Below are positions 1-10,099 of a DNA stretch of 64,000 bases, piece after piece; position 1 is the first letter of the stretch; each line of letters starts with the position of its first letter. Below the pieces are notes generated by a model. The model ran no database searches. It had not been told where the DNA came from and saw nothing but the letters and a program-made list of their open reading frames with translations. The stretch covers positions 1 to 64,000 of IMG/VR virus record IMGVR_UViG_3300017971_000027; one strand, 5' to 3'. Origin of the DNA: a virus. A program made the translations under genes and the position numbers.

Positions 1-298
1 ATGTACCGCCTGAATAGGTTTCCTGCCACGAGCCAGCGACGAACCTTACGCTATATGTTAGTCCGTCAGAATCATCCGCAAAATCGAACGCTGTCAATCC
101 ACCATTGTGAGCGTTCCAGAACGCGAGATGCGCAGCGTACTGAGTCGAAGTGAGCGGTGGTGACTTGTACTGCCATGTGATGACTTTCTTCTTGACCTTG
201 AGCCTGCGCTGCTCGGACTCGTTTTCAAAGGTCGAGGTGAGCGTAGGCCAGTCGACGTTACGTGTAATGGTTTCTGGATCATAAGCCCAAGTAGCCAT
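1..298 (-). CDS. distal tail protein (lambda gpM/DUF2460-like), runs off window edge
   Basis: Not in the ORF track. My translation from ATG at 298 (RBS GGAG): MATWAYDPETITRNVDWPTLTSTFENESEQRRLK...AFWNAHNGGLTAFDFAD. EQRR and F..H.G...F motifs; immediately downstream of the tape measure gene. Confidence 0.7.
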   Translation of the reverse strand, partial: MATWAYDPETITRNVDWPTLTSTFENESEQRRLKVKKKVITWQYKSPPLTSTQYAAHLAFWNAHNGGLTAFDFADDSDGLTYSVRFVAGSWQETYSGGT

Positions 299-308
299 AC
301 TTTATCTC

Positions 309-3300
309 CTACCCTCGTGCTGCCATTGCGATAACTTGTCGCGTCGGACCGTTCATTAGGACATCCTGCGTAAATGTATTGACGATTACTCGACGACCCT
401 CTTCGCTGCCCATGAGAGAAGCGACTGTTGCGGGGTCGAACGAGTTGATGATTGAAATGTTTCCATCTCCGCCTTGTTGTGCTTCCCGATCGACTTCACC
501 TTTGGTCAGAACTCGCTCTCCTTTGTGGAGCTGATATAATCCGTCAGATGGAAGTATCGGAGTTCCGACAGCAGCAGGCGTTGGCTTGAAGAAATTACCT
601 ATACCTGCAAAGAACCCGCCACCCGTCAACGCCGATATCGTACCGACTATCAGAAGTTGTGCCATCAGTTCAGCGAGTATATTAAGGACCATCTCTCCAA
701 AACTTGCGAACATATCTTCTGCTTTCATAACTTCGCCATGAAGCATACCGGAGAATATCTCCTTGAACGTAGACGTCATCGTCGAGCGGATGCTGTTGGC
801 TGTTTTCTTTGCGAACTTGTCGAGATTTTCAAGTTCACCGAACAGACCGCCCTTCTTGGCTTCAGGTGGATCTAGCAGCGCGTCCCTTCTCCGGTTCAGT
901 GTTTCGATCTCTTTTCGAACAGACGCTTCCAAAATCTTATCTCTCTTTGCTAAAGCTTCGCCGAGCGCGTAATTCAGCTTGTTGTATTCCTCGTTGAATT
1001 TAGCTGTCGAGAAGAGTCCGATATCCTCTTCCTCTTCATTCATGAACGAATCTCTAGTTTCCTGAATCAGTTTCCTGATATTTTCAGCGTCAACGGACTT
1101 GCCAACCTTTTCGAATGCGTCTGCAAGTTTCTCAAGTTTCTTGATCGCTTTCTCGTGCGCTCGTACCGTTGTGATACCAATTAGTTCAGCCTGCTCTTCA
1201 AGAGTCGGTTTGATCTCGCCAATAGATATACGAAGTTCGCGGATCTTTTTCTCCATGTCCTTGATAGTATCTTTGTACTGGTCGCCAGATATTCGCACCT
1301 CTTTCAGCTTCGTGATATACCCTTCGTAGTCGGATATCATCTTCTGGACGTCGTGGGTAAATGTGAAACCAGCGTCTCGGATTTGGTCGAAAACTGTTTT
1401 CTCTTTCGGCTTGAGAAAATCTTCGAGCATCTCTTCTGCCTGTTTCAGCGCAGCACTGTCACCGATGTCTCGCGCAGCCTGAATACCTTTCTGGATTTCG
1501 TCGTATGCTTTTTCCCATGCTTTCGTCGACTGGATTCCGAGATCTTCGAGAATCTCTTCGGCGGTACGCATGTCTTTGCCGGTTACGGTACCGAGCATTT
1601 CTTTGATAGCTTCGTTGACCGCGTTTAGTATCCTTGTAATTCTCGGGTCCGTGTCGCCGAGAGTCAGCATCGTTGCCAGTCTTTTCTGGATAGCATCGAG
1701 TGCTTGAAGTCTCTCTTGCGCGGATTCTGATATGCCTGTCTTGACGCCAATCTTGTTAAGGGCTTCACCGATAGCGAGCAGTTCGCCTTCGAGACCGGGG
1801 CCTGTTCTGGCTCCAAACTCGCCCATAATCACATCTGCTTCAGCCTTCAGGTTTCTCAACTCGGCAATCAACCCAATCAGTATATTCTGGTCTGCTTCGG
1901 CTGTCATACCGATTTCCTTGAACCATTTTACCAGCTCTTCAGCGTTATCGATGTTTTCTTCTGGGAAGATTTCGGTATGTGTTAAGAAACGTATCCACGA
2001 CAACTGATCTTCGAATTCTCTATTAACTCTCGCCATTTCGTTTTCAAGCCTGTCGAGAGACATGTCTTTCAACGAAGAGACCCAGTCCTCATGGGCTACT
2101 CTAGCTTCGTCAAGAGATTCGGTCATTTTTTCAAGAACACGCTGATGCTGTTCGACCTGTTCTATCGCAGCTTGTTTGACCTTGAACGTTGCGCCAAAGA
2201 CATCAGCTTCTGCCATAGCTTTAGAGGCTACAAGAGAAAATAGTGTACCAATCGTTCCAAGACCAACAACAATAAGAGCAAGTGGTCCTGATAATGCTGC
2301 AAGAGCAGTGATGCCAGCCCCGAGCAATCCGATTGAGCCAACCACCTTAAGCACAGATGATTCAAGAGCTACAAACGTTCCAACAAATTCGGCGGTCTGT
2401 TCATTTTTTTCCAGCATATCATTAAATGAACCAACAGCTTTACCTGTTTGTGTCGCAAACAGATCCATTATAGGAATCATGCTTTCGCCGATGGTGATCT
2501 TGAGTCTTTCGATCTGTTTGTCAAGTCTGCCAAACTCTTCGATTGTCGGTTTCAGAACCTTTTCCTGCATGTCGTTCAGGACTTCGCTTGAATTCTCAAC
2601 GTGGTCCGCGAAACGGCCAAGCTCGGTAGCACTCACGTCAATCAGTCGCACGGCACCTGACAATGTGCGTACTCCGAAGACGTTGGCAAGAACTGTGTTT
2701 CTCACTGCCTCGGATTGGCCTTGAAGGGCGACGGCAAGGTCTTTGATGATTTTGGTCAGCGGTCTCATCTTGCCACTTGCTTCATCGTATACGTCAACCC
2801 ATTCAGAGAGTATTTTGTAGTTCTTTTTGCTTGTGTCTGATATGTTGGCTAAAGCTCGACGCATTGCTACACCAGCTCGCGATCCGCGAATACCAACATC
2901 GGCCATTAGCGATATGATCGTAATGGTGTCGCCAAGCGTATTGTTCGCGAGCTTCGCCGAACCAGCAACGTAGCCCATAGCCTCGGCGATATCACTCATC
3001 TCCTGTTGAGATCTCGTGAAACCGGCTGTCATTTTGTTGACAACCTCTCCAACCTTACTGAACGGCAACTGGAAAGCGTTCATGATCGAGATGACGCCCT
3101 TTGTCGCTTCGGCGTAATCGACCATACCAACTTTGGCGAACCTTACGACAGGTTCAAGGGCTTGTAACTGTTGGGTCGCCGATTTACCAGCGAACGATAG
3201 CTGTCTTACAACCTTTGCAACATCACCCGTTGCAATGTTGAGTGCTACAGACAGATCCTTTGTTGTGCTGGTCAGTTGCTCGAATTGCTTGTCGGTAAAC

Positions 3301-3557
3301 TCGGTGGCTGCGCTTGCTCGCGCCATATCTCGTTCGAATTCGAGAGCCGTTTTCGCGATATCCTTAAACGCTCTCAAACCAGCATTTCCAAGCCGGTTGA
3401 ATGCAAGGCCAGTAATGGCAAGGCCAGCGGACAGACGCATAAGTTTCTGTCGAGTCCGTTCACTGCTCTTCTCAACTTGCGTCAAGCCAGCAACGGCCTG
3501 TGATGCATCTAGTGTTATTTTGATTTCTATCGCACCAACGTTAAGAGAGCCTGCCAT
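309..3557 (-). CDS. tail tape measure protein (TP901-type core)
   Basis: 1082 aa, Ala/Leu-rich helical; GIRGSRAGVAMR and FG..A motifs of the TP901 TMP core, central hydrophobic segment, C-terminal LHKGERVL motif; follows the chaperone genes. Confidence 0.95.
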   Translation of the reverse strand: MAGSLNVGAIEIKITLDASQAVAGLTQVEKSSERTRQKLMRLSAGLAITGLAFNRLGNAGLRAFKDIAKTALEFERDMARASAATEFTDKQFEQLTSTTKDLSVALNIATGDVAKVVRQLSFAGKSATQQLQALEPVVRFAKVGMVDYAEATKGVISIMNAFQLPFSKVGEVVNKMTAGFTRSQQEMSDIAEAMGYVAGSAKLANNTLGDTITIISLMADVGIRGSRAGVAMRRALANISDTSKKNYKILSEWVDVYDEASGKMRPLTKIIKDLAVALQGQSEAVRNTVLANVFGVRTLSGAVRLIDVSATELGRFADHVENSSEVLNDMQEKVLKPTIEEFGRLDKQIERLKITIGESMIPIMDLFATQTGKAVGSFNDMLEKNEQTAEFVGTFVALESSVLKVVGSIGLLGAGITALAALSGPLALIVVGLGTIGTLFSLVASKAMAEADVFGATFKVKQAAIEQVEQHQRVLEKMTESLDEARVAHEDWVSSLKDMSLDRLENEMARVNREFEDQLSWIRFLTHTEIFPEENIDNAEELVKWFKEIGMTAEADQNILIGLIAELRNLKAEADVIMGEFGARTGPGLEGELLAIGEALNKIGVKTGISESAQERLQALDAIQKRLATMLTLGDTDPRITRILNAVNEAIKEMLGTVTGKDMRTAEEILEDLGIQSTKAWEKAYDEIQKGIQAARDIGDSAALKQAEEMLEDFLKPKEKTVFDQIRDAGFTFTHDVQKMISDYEGYITKLKEVRISGDQYKDTIKDMEKKIRELRISIGEIKPTLEEQAELIGITTVRAHEKAIKKLEKLADAFEKVGKSVDAENIRKLIQETRDSFMNEEEEDIGLFSTAKFNEEYNKLNYALGEALAKRDKILEASVRKEIETLNRRRDALLDPPEAKKGGLFGELENLDKFAKKTANSIRSTMTSTFKEIFSGMLHGEVMKAEDMFASFGEMVLNILAELMAQLLIVGTISALTGGGFFAGIGNFFKPTPAAVGTPILPSDGLYQLHKGERVLTKGEVDREAQQGGDGNISIINSFDPATVASLMGSEEGRRVIVNTFTQDVLMNGPTRQVIAMAARG

Positions 3558-3563
3558 TACGGT

Positions 3564-3821
3564 TTATCCCTTCTTCATTTTCTTCAACCTGTTCCACATA
3601 TCATCATGCATATCTTCGTGAGTTTTGTTTGCGAGAATCCTATTCCGCTCTTGCTCTAATGGATATATAGCACGTTTGTAATCGCTTGTCTTGGCAATCT
3701 GAGATATCCGGTAATTCTGTATGTCACGCAGATTGTCGGTAATGACGGCGAGACTGGCCTCCCTTGTCCAGAAGGCCAAGTCCCGTTCGTCAAGATTATC
3801 CAGATACTCGAAACAGAACAA
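3564..3821 (-). CDS. tail assembly chaperone, C-terminal (gpT-like) frame reached by -1 frameshift
   Basis: Weak own start; the -1 frame from the upstream gene is open from GGGAAAA through RAFPGLFCFEY. Confidence 0.8.
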   Translation of the reverse strand: MFCFEYLDNLDERDLAFWTREASLAVITDNLRDIQNYRISQIAKTSDYKRAIYPLEQERNRILANKTHEDMHDDMWNRLKKMKKG

Positions 3822-3838
3822 GCCGGGGAACGCCCTAC

Positions 3839-4189
3839 TTATTCTTCCGATACGTCTGCATCGGAGTCTGATTCTTTTCCCTCGTCACCCTTGCCACCTA
3901 TCTGATCGTTCAAAGTATCGGTGATGAACCTCACGATGTCGCGCTTCCATCGAATATCGAGTCCTGAGAATTCAGATGGGTCGGCAGATAGGAATATGCC
4001 GAGCTGCCTGTCGAGAACTGAAGACGACTCTTTAATATCGCTATCCTCCATGTTCTCTTTATTGAGGCTCGTTGCTTCCGCGATCATTTCAGACGTAACC
4101 TTTGAAATCACATACTGCTTACCGTCCTCATCTTCGACAACGATATCTTCGTACTTCGATCTCAGGTCACTCATTTTGATTGTTGGCAT
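3839..4189 (-). CDS. tail assembly chaperone (gpG-like)
   Basis: Acidic 116-aa protein between the tail tube and tape measure genes; slippery site near the 3' end. Confidence 0.8.
   Translation of the reverse strand: MPTIKMSDLRSKYEDIVVEDEDGKQYVISKVTSEMIAEATSLNKENMEDSDIKESSSVLDRQLGIFLSADPSEFSGLDIRWKRDIVRFITDTLNDQIGGKGDEGKESDSDADVSEE
3846..3881 (-). promoter_or_regulatory. -1 programmed ribosomal frameshift signal
   Basis: G-GGA-AAA heptamer (3881-3875) in frame, followed by hairpin TCCGATGC-AGAC-GTATCGGA. Confidence 0.8.
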
Positions 4190-4257
4190 TTCTTCTCCTT
4201 TAGGAGGGGCTTCCCCGCACCTGTTTGTTACTCGTATCTAGTTGTTGTTAGTTAAAC

Positions 4258-4836
4258 CTATGACGGCGATCCGCCACCGTAACCGATTGCGAACAGTGCG
4301 CCAACACCCATGTCTTCGCCTGAAGGCTGAGTAGCCACAGGGAAGCCTATGAACGTAACTTCGGCAACACGCTGTTCTGACTCGTCGAACACCCAGTTGA
4401 TGTTTGGTTGCGGAGCTGCCACGAACACTGTCAAAGTTTCGTCAGAAGTAGACGACGCCTGAACGGTGCCACCTTTAACTCTGCGTACTTGAAGCAGTCC
4501 ATAGTTGTCCGTTACCATGCTGTTACCAACGGCGTTCGAGACAATAATCTCGTCACTGTCGGCCACGGCATTCGGGAACGCCAACTTCAACTGTGCGAAC
4601 GTTGGTTGTGTCATCGATACCACGACAGAAACAGACGATCCGGTATAGATCATGTCTTTTGGCGCGGTACCTGTTTTGGCAGTCTTGACCGGTGCTACGT
4701 CTTCACTGTACTGGAAGTTCACACTCAGGTTCTCGCCCAAGGTGTCCGTCGTTACAGAAAGCAACGTAGCGTCTGTTGTTGCAAGCTTGAACAACACTTC
4801 ACACGGTCCAAGATCACCCATTGCAAATTCAGCCAT
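4258..4836 (-). CDS. major tail (tube) protein
   Basis: 192 aa, beta-rich; N-terminal LGPCEVLF, 'LG...V.F.Y', 'G..P.D...TG' motifs; canonical position. Confidence 0.85.
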   Translation of the reverse strand: MAEFAMGDLGPCEVLFKLATTDATLLSVTTDTLGENLSVNFQYSEDVAPVKTAKTGTAPKDMIYTGSSVSVVVSMTQPTFAQLKLAFPNAVADSDEIIVSNAVGNSMVTDNYGLLQVRRVKGGTVQASSTSDETLTVFVAAPQPNINWVFDESEQRVAEVTFIGFPVATQPSGEDMGVGALFAIGYGGGSPS

Positions 4837-4858
4837 TATGATTTTCTCCTATGGCTTG

Positions 4859-5281
4859 TTATGGGTTTTTTTGACCCTCAATTAGGTAGTTTGCAGAGAA
4901 CTCGGAACGTTCACTCGCATCATCGGCGAGATAGGCTGGTCCGTCGCCGGTTGCGATGTTCATCTGATAGATGTCGCCCCCTGAATTCAACGGCCCGAGA
5001 GTTTCTCCTGCGTGATCCCTTCCGAATATAACGTCATGAACATCCTCAGCGATTGCTTTCGCAGAGAAATAGTCAGTCGACCGAACCAGAACTTGGACGG
5101 GTTTTAAGAATGAATCGCTAAGGAGTGGCATAGGTATGGACGGTACCCGCTCCATAATAGTGATACATTCGTCTGGTGCATCAAGAGGCCTTTTACCGGC
5201 AAATAGATTCGTTCCGATAACCGGCGTGATGTTTGTCGTCGACAGGTTCGTCTCGACGTATTCGGTAAGTTCCTTAATCAT
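4859..5281 (-). CDS. tail terminator / neck protein
   Basis: GTNLFAG..P..PD, VQVLVRS..Y and F.ANY motifs; directly upstream of the tail tube gene. Confidence 0.8.
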   Translation of the reverse strand: MIKELTEYVETNLSTTNITPVIGTNLFAGKRPLDAPDECITIMERVPSIPMPLLSDSFLKPVQVLVRSTDYFSAKAIAEDVHDVIFGRDHAGETLGPLNSGGDIYQMNIATGDGPAYLADDASERSEFSANYLIEGQKNP

Positions 5282-5290
5282 GGTTGGTTC

Positions 5291-5785
5291 CTAGAATAAC
5301 TGTTGGAGTTTGTGCGCAAACGAAGTCGCTAGGATATTGAGATATTTCTGACGGTTATGGAGAAACGGTCGCTCAAGATATTTAGGTCCCGTTCCCGGCT
5401 GTTTGTGAATCAGCGGGTTGCCCGACTTGGAGATGCCCTCATGTTGATATGCAGCGTAGTCCATAGTAAAGGCTACGTTACATATGGCAATCTTATTAAA
5501 GTCTCGGCGACGTGTAGGCTGCTGGCCACGATGGGCAGAGGTCTCGGCTGTCACGACGCCCCACGGCGAGTTAAACGTGTTTATGTTGTTTACCCACACC
5601 GTACCACTACCTCGAAGGAAACTATCCTGTAGAGGCGTTTTGGGGTTCTCATGGACCGCGTCAGTGAGTACCTGTTGGCCAACTGGCTTCAAACTCTCTT
5701 CCATCACTTTCGGGAAGATTTGTTTCAACCTTGACATCCCTCTACGGAACGTGGCGTCGTTTATCTGAACTCCATTGTTAGCCAT
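5291..5785 (-). CDS. HK97 gp10-like neck/tail completion protein
   Basis: TP....LRGS, YAAYQHE and GPKYLERP motifs. Confidence 0.85.
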   Translation of the reverse strand: MANNGVQINDATFRRGMSRLKQIFPKVMEESLKPVGQQVLTDAVHENPKTPLQDSFLRGSGTVWVNNINTFNSPWGVVTAETSAHRGQQPTRRRDFNKIAICNVAFTMDYAAYQHEGISKSGNPLIHKQPGTGPKYLERPFLHNRQKYLNILATSFAHKLQQLF

Positions 5786-5789
5786 TTCT

Positions 5790-6110
5790 CTACTCCACGA
5801 ACACCTCGATCATTCTATCCTGAAAATCCTTATGCTTATGCACCGCAATAACGCCCCAGTCAGTTCCATCAAATCGAATTCTATCATCATGGCCGATAGC
5901 AGACCTCGCGTCCTGCGAATATTTCTTTTCGAGAATGACACTGGCAGTTGAACGCAGAGTACGACCGCCTTCGTCTTGGACCTCGCGGATTTTGTAGTTG
6001 ACCCGACCGCGCACGGTCCTTGAAGTTGCAGGAGTCGTGATTGTACCCCATTTGTCTTTTACAGGGTCCTGTTTCAACGTAATGCTATCGACTAGATATG
6101 CTTCAATCAC
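5790..6110 (-). CDS. head closure / head-tail joining protein
   Basis: GTG start at 6110; DKWG, 'D..G....S.A.V' and DRI.FDG motifs; neck position. Confidence 0.7.
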   Translation of the reverse strand: MIEAYLVDSITLKQDPVKDKWGTITTPATSRTVRGRVNYKIREVQDEGGRTLRSTASVILEKKYSQDARSAIGHDDRIRFDGTDWGVIAVHKHKDFQDRMIEVFVE

Positions 6111-6483
6111 TTTCGGTCTCCGATTCTTCGTCAGACTCTTTACCGTCCACACGCTCTACAAGCGGTTCATCGAGGAACGGGATTATCTGGCCAACCATAA
6201 CGGTTTTCCCGTACTTGCCCACCATATCTCTAATAAGATCCCGCTGTTCTGATGTGATTTCGTGGACGCCACCTTCGTAAATCTTCTTGGCAAGCTCGTA
6301 CCGATCAATCTTGTCCTTGGCGTTAAGCCCCTGTTCGTCGGTTAGAAGACAGTCGGCACAAACAGAACCTACTGTAAGTTCGACCTGTTCGACTTGCTGA
6401 TCTTCACCGATACCCGTAACCCTGTTGGTCAGGAAAATCTGATTGTTCATATTGACCAGTGGTTGGCTGAAATTAAACTTCAT
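6103..6483 (-). CDS. hypothetical phage protein
   Basis: ATG at 6483 with RBS GGAG; LTVGSVCADCLL...K..RYELAKKI pattern typical of small phage structural-region proteins. Confidence 0.55.
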   Translation of the reverse strand: MKFNFSQPLVNMNNQIFLTNRVTGIGEDQQVEQVELTVGSVCADCLLTDEQGLNAKDKIDRYELAKKIYEGGVHEITSEQRDLIRDMVGKYGKTVMVGQIIPFLDEPLVERVDGKESDEESETESD

Positions 6484-7432
6484 CGTTCCGCTCCTTTGTT
6501 GTTTGTTGTCGTTTACACACCCATGTTCCGCGAAGATGTGGGTCCGTCGTTGGGGTATCGCCCACATATTTCGCGCTAAATCCGCAGTCGCCTAACACGC
6601 TCTCAACCCATACGTGCGTTGGTAGCGTCTGTCTGCCAACTTTTTTAAGTTCAATCTTGTCGCCCTCAACCATTCGCATTTCGATTAGCAATAAATCGTC
6701 TGCCATACTAGCAAGCGACGCTACGTTGTTCTTGTACTCATCAATTTGGAAATAATGTAACAGACCCATGCAAAAAACTATATCAAACGTGTCGTTAAGT
6801 TTGCGGAAATCCGTATTGACAAATACAACATCTTCACTGGCGAGTGCGCGACTCGCAATCTCGTTTGTAATATTAACCATATCTTGACGAATTTCGATTC
6901 CGGTACATTGACTAGCTCCGCGATACCATGATTCTAAGCATGTAAACCCGAGCTGTGATCCAACGTCAAGAACTGTTTTGCCGGTGAAGTCTATATTGTT
7001 AAAGTGTTTCCATTTATTCTTTCTACACGAACGTAGCCATTTCCGCTCTTTGTTGTCGTTAAACGTTTTGCCATTCCACTGCAAATTGTTGAACTCTGCG
7101 TGAACGCGAGCTGCTACGGCATCCTTATATGCACACACAGGGTCGACATAAATATCTATCAACCCGTCACGGTACCGCTCTGAATATTCCATTCGATGGG
7201 TTCCATCGTCAAGATCTTGACACGACAAACAATAATGGGCTGGCATGAATTTTGACGGGTCATAAGATTCTCGCATCCATTGTATCTTCTCCTCCCGTCT
7301 TGTAAGCCTATTGCCGTCGTGGCCAAGTATGTATTCGCGCACAGAGTCGAACACTTTATCGCTAGTTGGCACATCGCGAACTATTGTATGCGGGTCAACT
7401 TTTGATATTTCAAGACCTTCATACCAAGCCAT
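6473..7432 (-). CDS. class I SAM methyltransferase with N-terminal ParB-like domain
   Basis: GKTVLDVGSQLG motif I, GIE, FDIVFCMGLLHY; N-terminal DGTHR. Confidence 0.8.
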   Translation of the reverse strand: MAWYEGLEISKVDPHTIVRDVPTSDKVFDSVREYILGHDGNRLTRREEKIQWMRESYDPSKFMPAHYCLSCQDLDDGTHRMEYSERYRDGLIDIYVDPVCAYKDAVAARVHAEFNNLQWNGKTFNDNKERKWLRSCRKNKWKHFNNIDFTGKTVLDVGSQLGFTCLESWYRGASQCTGIEIRQDMVNITNEIASRALASEDVVFVNTDFRKLNDTFDIVFCMGLLHYFQIDEYKNNVASLASMADDLLLIEMRMVEGDKIELKKVGRQTLPTHVWVESVLGDCGFSAKYVGDTPTTDPHLRGTWVCKRQQTTKERNDEV

Positions 7433-7442
7433 CTCTTTTCTT

Positions 7443-8441
7443 TTAATCATTACCAGCAACCAGCTCCATAATTCTTTTTATGCGGTCTGAATATTTGTAG
7501 TTAGTGAGCGTCCGTTTTCTACCGGCATTCCCGATTGACTCGGCAACGTCTGGGTTGTTAAGAAGAAAGCTAATCTTCTCACAGGCATCTCTCGTATCGG
7601 TAAACGTAAGTATTTCTCTTCCAACCTCAAACTCATTCTCTATTCCGTCTACATAACCAACAACACACGGCCTGCCGGTAGCGGTAATAAGGTATAGCCT
7701 ATTGCTCCAATAGTTTTTAACGCCATCATATCCGAGTGGCATGAGGGCAGAACGTGCCGACCGGTAAAGATCGCAGAAATCTTGTCCATACTGCCTTGGA
7801 ACAAACTTGTCAACTCTCGGAAACTGTCTTAACTTAACCTCGCCACCTTCGCGGTAGAACCTGTTGCATATTATTGAAAACTGGTTCGACACACCCTGAA
7901 TGAGCTGAATCCTCGGACTATGCCTGCCATTCACCATGCCAGTAAACACGGTATCGTAAATCGGCTGGATGGATTCGTTGATTACAAACTCGTCCTCCTC
8001 GACACCTTGGAATAAATGCACAAAGTTTGCGCCATGTTGTGACCAGTCATAAGAACCGTCGGTCGCGAAAAAGAAATCGAATTTATGGCAGTTTCTTTTG
8101 ATGTCTTTATGTTTTCTTTCGCTGCCGGGATCATATGGGTTACACGAGTCAAAGGCCCAGCATATAAATTTTGATGATGGCGACCTTTGACTGTCTATCA
8201 TATCAATAAGATGTTCTCGCTCTTCGTGCATTAAATGTTGGTTTGTGTGTATGACATCATACGCAGAAAAGTCTGGCATTATCAGATCGCGTTTATTGTA
8301 TCTGCCGTGTTTGTATGCACCGTAGAAATCGACGTCGTATCCGAGCTTTCTGTATGCGTCAAAAATCCTTACGTTGTTGGATTTATCTCCGGTCAACGCA
8401 ACCCTACATGCGACTACAAGAACCCTAGGTCCATTTTTCAT
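7443..8441 (-). CDS. GT-B glycosyltransferase (CgeB/Glyco_trans_1_2-like)
   Basis: YWSNRLY..TATG, F..G.EI..F, I...GR...L..Y.Y..R motifs. Confidence 0.85.
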   Translation of the reverse strand: MKNGPRVLVVACRVALTGDKSNNVRIFDAYRKLGYDVDFYGAYKHGRYNKRDLIMPDFSAYDVIHTNQHLMHEEREHLIDMIDSQRSPSSKFICWAFDSCNPYDPGSERKHKDIKRNCHKFDFFFATDGSYDWSQHGANFVHLFQGVEEDEFVINESIQPIYDTVFTGMVNGRHSPRIQLIQGVSNQFSIICNRFYREGGEVKLRQFPRVDKFVPRQYGQDFCDLYRSARSALMPLGYDGVKNYWSNRLYLITATGRPCVVGYVDGIENEFEVGREILTFTDTRDACEKISFLLNNPDVAESIGNAGRKRTLTNYKYSDRIKRIMELVAGND

Positions 8442-9171
8442 TTTTAAAGAATTCTTTCACATAGTCGTCGCGGGTCTTCCAAAAATCAGGCATCTGCGAT
8501 ATGCTCGTCTCGTCGTTTGCGTTTTCTGCATTTTTCCACTCAGGTGTTGGAACGCAAAACATCTTTACACAGTATCGCGATATAAGCTCTCTGCTCCACG
8601 CTAAATCGTCAAGCCTCGTATCGTCTACACCTTTCATCGGTAACGAGAAAAATTCCTTTCTACCGAAATACATTCTGCCGAGAAAATCGACAGGTACAGG
8701 TTCGTCTATATTCCATCCACGTATAGTTTTTGCGTTCGAATACGACGGACCTGAAAACTTCCTACCCCAACAACCAACAACTATATCATACATGTTGTTT
8801 TTGCTGAGCTGAACATAGTTATTGACAAGCGACTCTACGACACCGTTAACTGTAATAATGTCATCGTCTGCTACGAGAATGTAATCGGTCGTAACGGAAT
8901 TGCCCATCATGAACTTTGACTGACCACCGTAGTTCCGATTCGACATTATGACGTCAACGTTTGGGTTGCACATAAACCAATTTACACACTCGTCGTAATC
9001 ATAAATACCACCACCGTTATCCCATACAAGGACACGCACCCCGTTATCGATCCACTGCTGGGCAACACGAACTATCGTATCGTATCGTTTCCACACCGGA
9101 ATAAGGACGGTGATATTCTTTTTGTTCAACAATATACCAACGCTCGGACCGCACACTGTTACCTCACCCAT
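8425..9171 (-). CDS. GT-A glycosyltransferase (GT2-like)
   Basis: VLIPVWKR, VLVWDN, ILVADDD (DxD) and DDL motifs. Confidence 0.8.
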   Translation of the reverse strand: MGEVTVCGPSVGILLNKKNITVLIPVWKRYDTIVRVAQQWIDNGVRVLVWDNGGGIYDYDECVNWFMCNPNVDVIMSNRNYGGQSKFMMGNSVTTDYILVADDDIITVNGVVESLVNNYVQLSKNNMYDIVVGCWGRKFSGPSYSNAKTIRGWNIDEPVPVDFLGRMYFGRKEFFSLPMKGVDDTRLDDLAWSRELISRYCVKMFCVPTPEWKNAENANDETSISQMPDFWKTRDDYVKEFFKNEKWT

Positions 9172-10099
9172 ATTGTAACTCCACTAGTTTTTCTAACCCT
9201 TCTTTCACACCTGTCGACGGCGTCCATATGACCTTGTTGCAAATATCGTTCTCTGCGACAAAAAATCTCTGGTCAGCAGGTCGCTCGTCTGCCTGTTTGA
9301 TTTTCTTGAACTTCTTGCCGGTGACTTTCGGTATCATATCGATAAGCTCGTTGACGGATACTTTGTTCTTCTCGCCACCGCCGACTACATAAATGCCTGT
9401 TAGTCCGTTGTCGATGCATTGTAGGTATAGAGCCACGAGATTGTCGATGTATAATATGTCTCGAACTTGTTCTCCGTCACCACATACCGTTATCGGTTGA
9501 CCGGTCATGTTCGCATGGACTAACCACGATACCCAGCCCTGATGAAACGAACCGCTTTGCGATGGACCGTAGATACAAGACTGTCGAAGCGTACACACGT
9601 TCATTCCGATCTCGGGTTTACCGTACTCTCGGACGTATAAATCGCCACAGAATTTACCGACACCGTATGGAGTCGCAGGATCGGGATACTCGTTATCGTC
9701 GCACCGTTCACCAGCGAAATCTTTGTTACCGTATACCTTGTTCGTGCTGGCGTATACGAAATATCCGACCTCATCTTTCCGCGCCCATTCAAGCGTGTTG
9801 AACAATCCGTCGACGTTGTCCTGAAAGTCCCGTCGGATGTCGTCGTAGCTTTTTGTTACCGCTGTTTGTCCTGCGAGGTGTACAACAACATCAGTGCTAC
9901 GAAAATCAAGGTCGTCAACCGAGATGTCACGAACCATTATGTTGCATTCTGGATAACCAGATTTGATGTCGTCTGCCCGTTCCTGCGACCCTTCCCGAGA
10001 CATATTGTCGATTATGGTCACGCTATCGCCACGTTCGAGCAATGCTTTGCATAAATGGTACCCAATAAACCCCGCACCGCCTACTGCTGCAATGTTCAT
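9164..10099 (-). CDS. NAD-dependent NDP-sugar epimerase, CDP-paratose 2-epimerase-like
   Basis: GGAGFIG, HLAGQTAVT.S, YASTNKVYG, PYG..K, RQSCIYG, QGWV.W, GDG.QVRDIL: the RfbE/Tyv subfamily signature. Confidence 0.9.
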   Translation of the reverse strand: MNIAAVGGAGFIGYHLCKALLERGDSVTIIDNMSREGSQERADDIKSGYPECNIMVRDISVDDLDFRSTDVVVHLAGQTAVTKSYDDIRRDFQDNVDGLFNTLEWARKDEVGYFVYASTNKVYGNKDFAGERCDDNEYPDPATPYGVGKFCGDLYVREYGKPEIGMNVCTLRQSCIYGPSQSGSFHQGWVSWLVHANMTGQPITVCGDGEQVRDILYIDNLVALYLQCIDNGLTGIYVVGGGEKNKVSVNELIDMIPKVTGKKFKKIKQADERPADQRFFVAENDICNKVIWTPSTGVKEGLEKLVELQYG

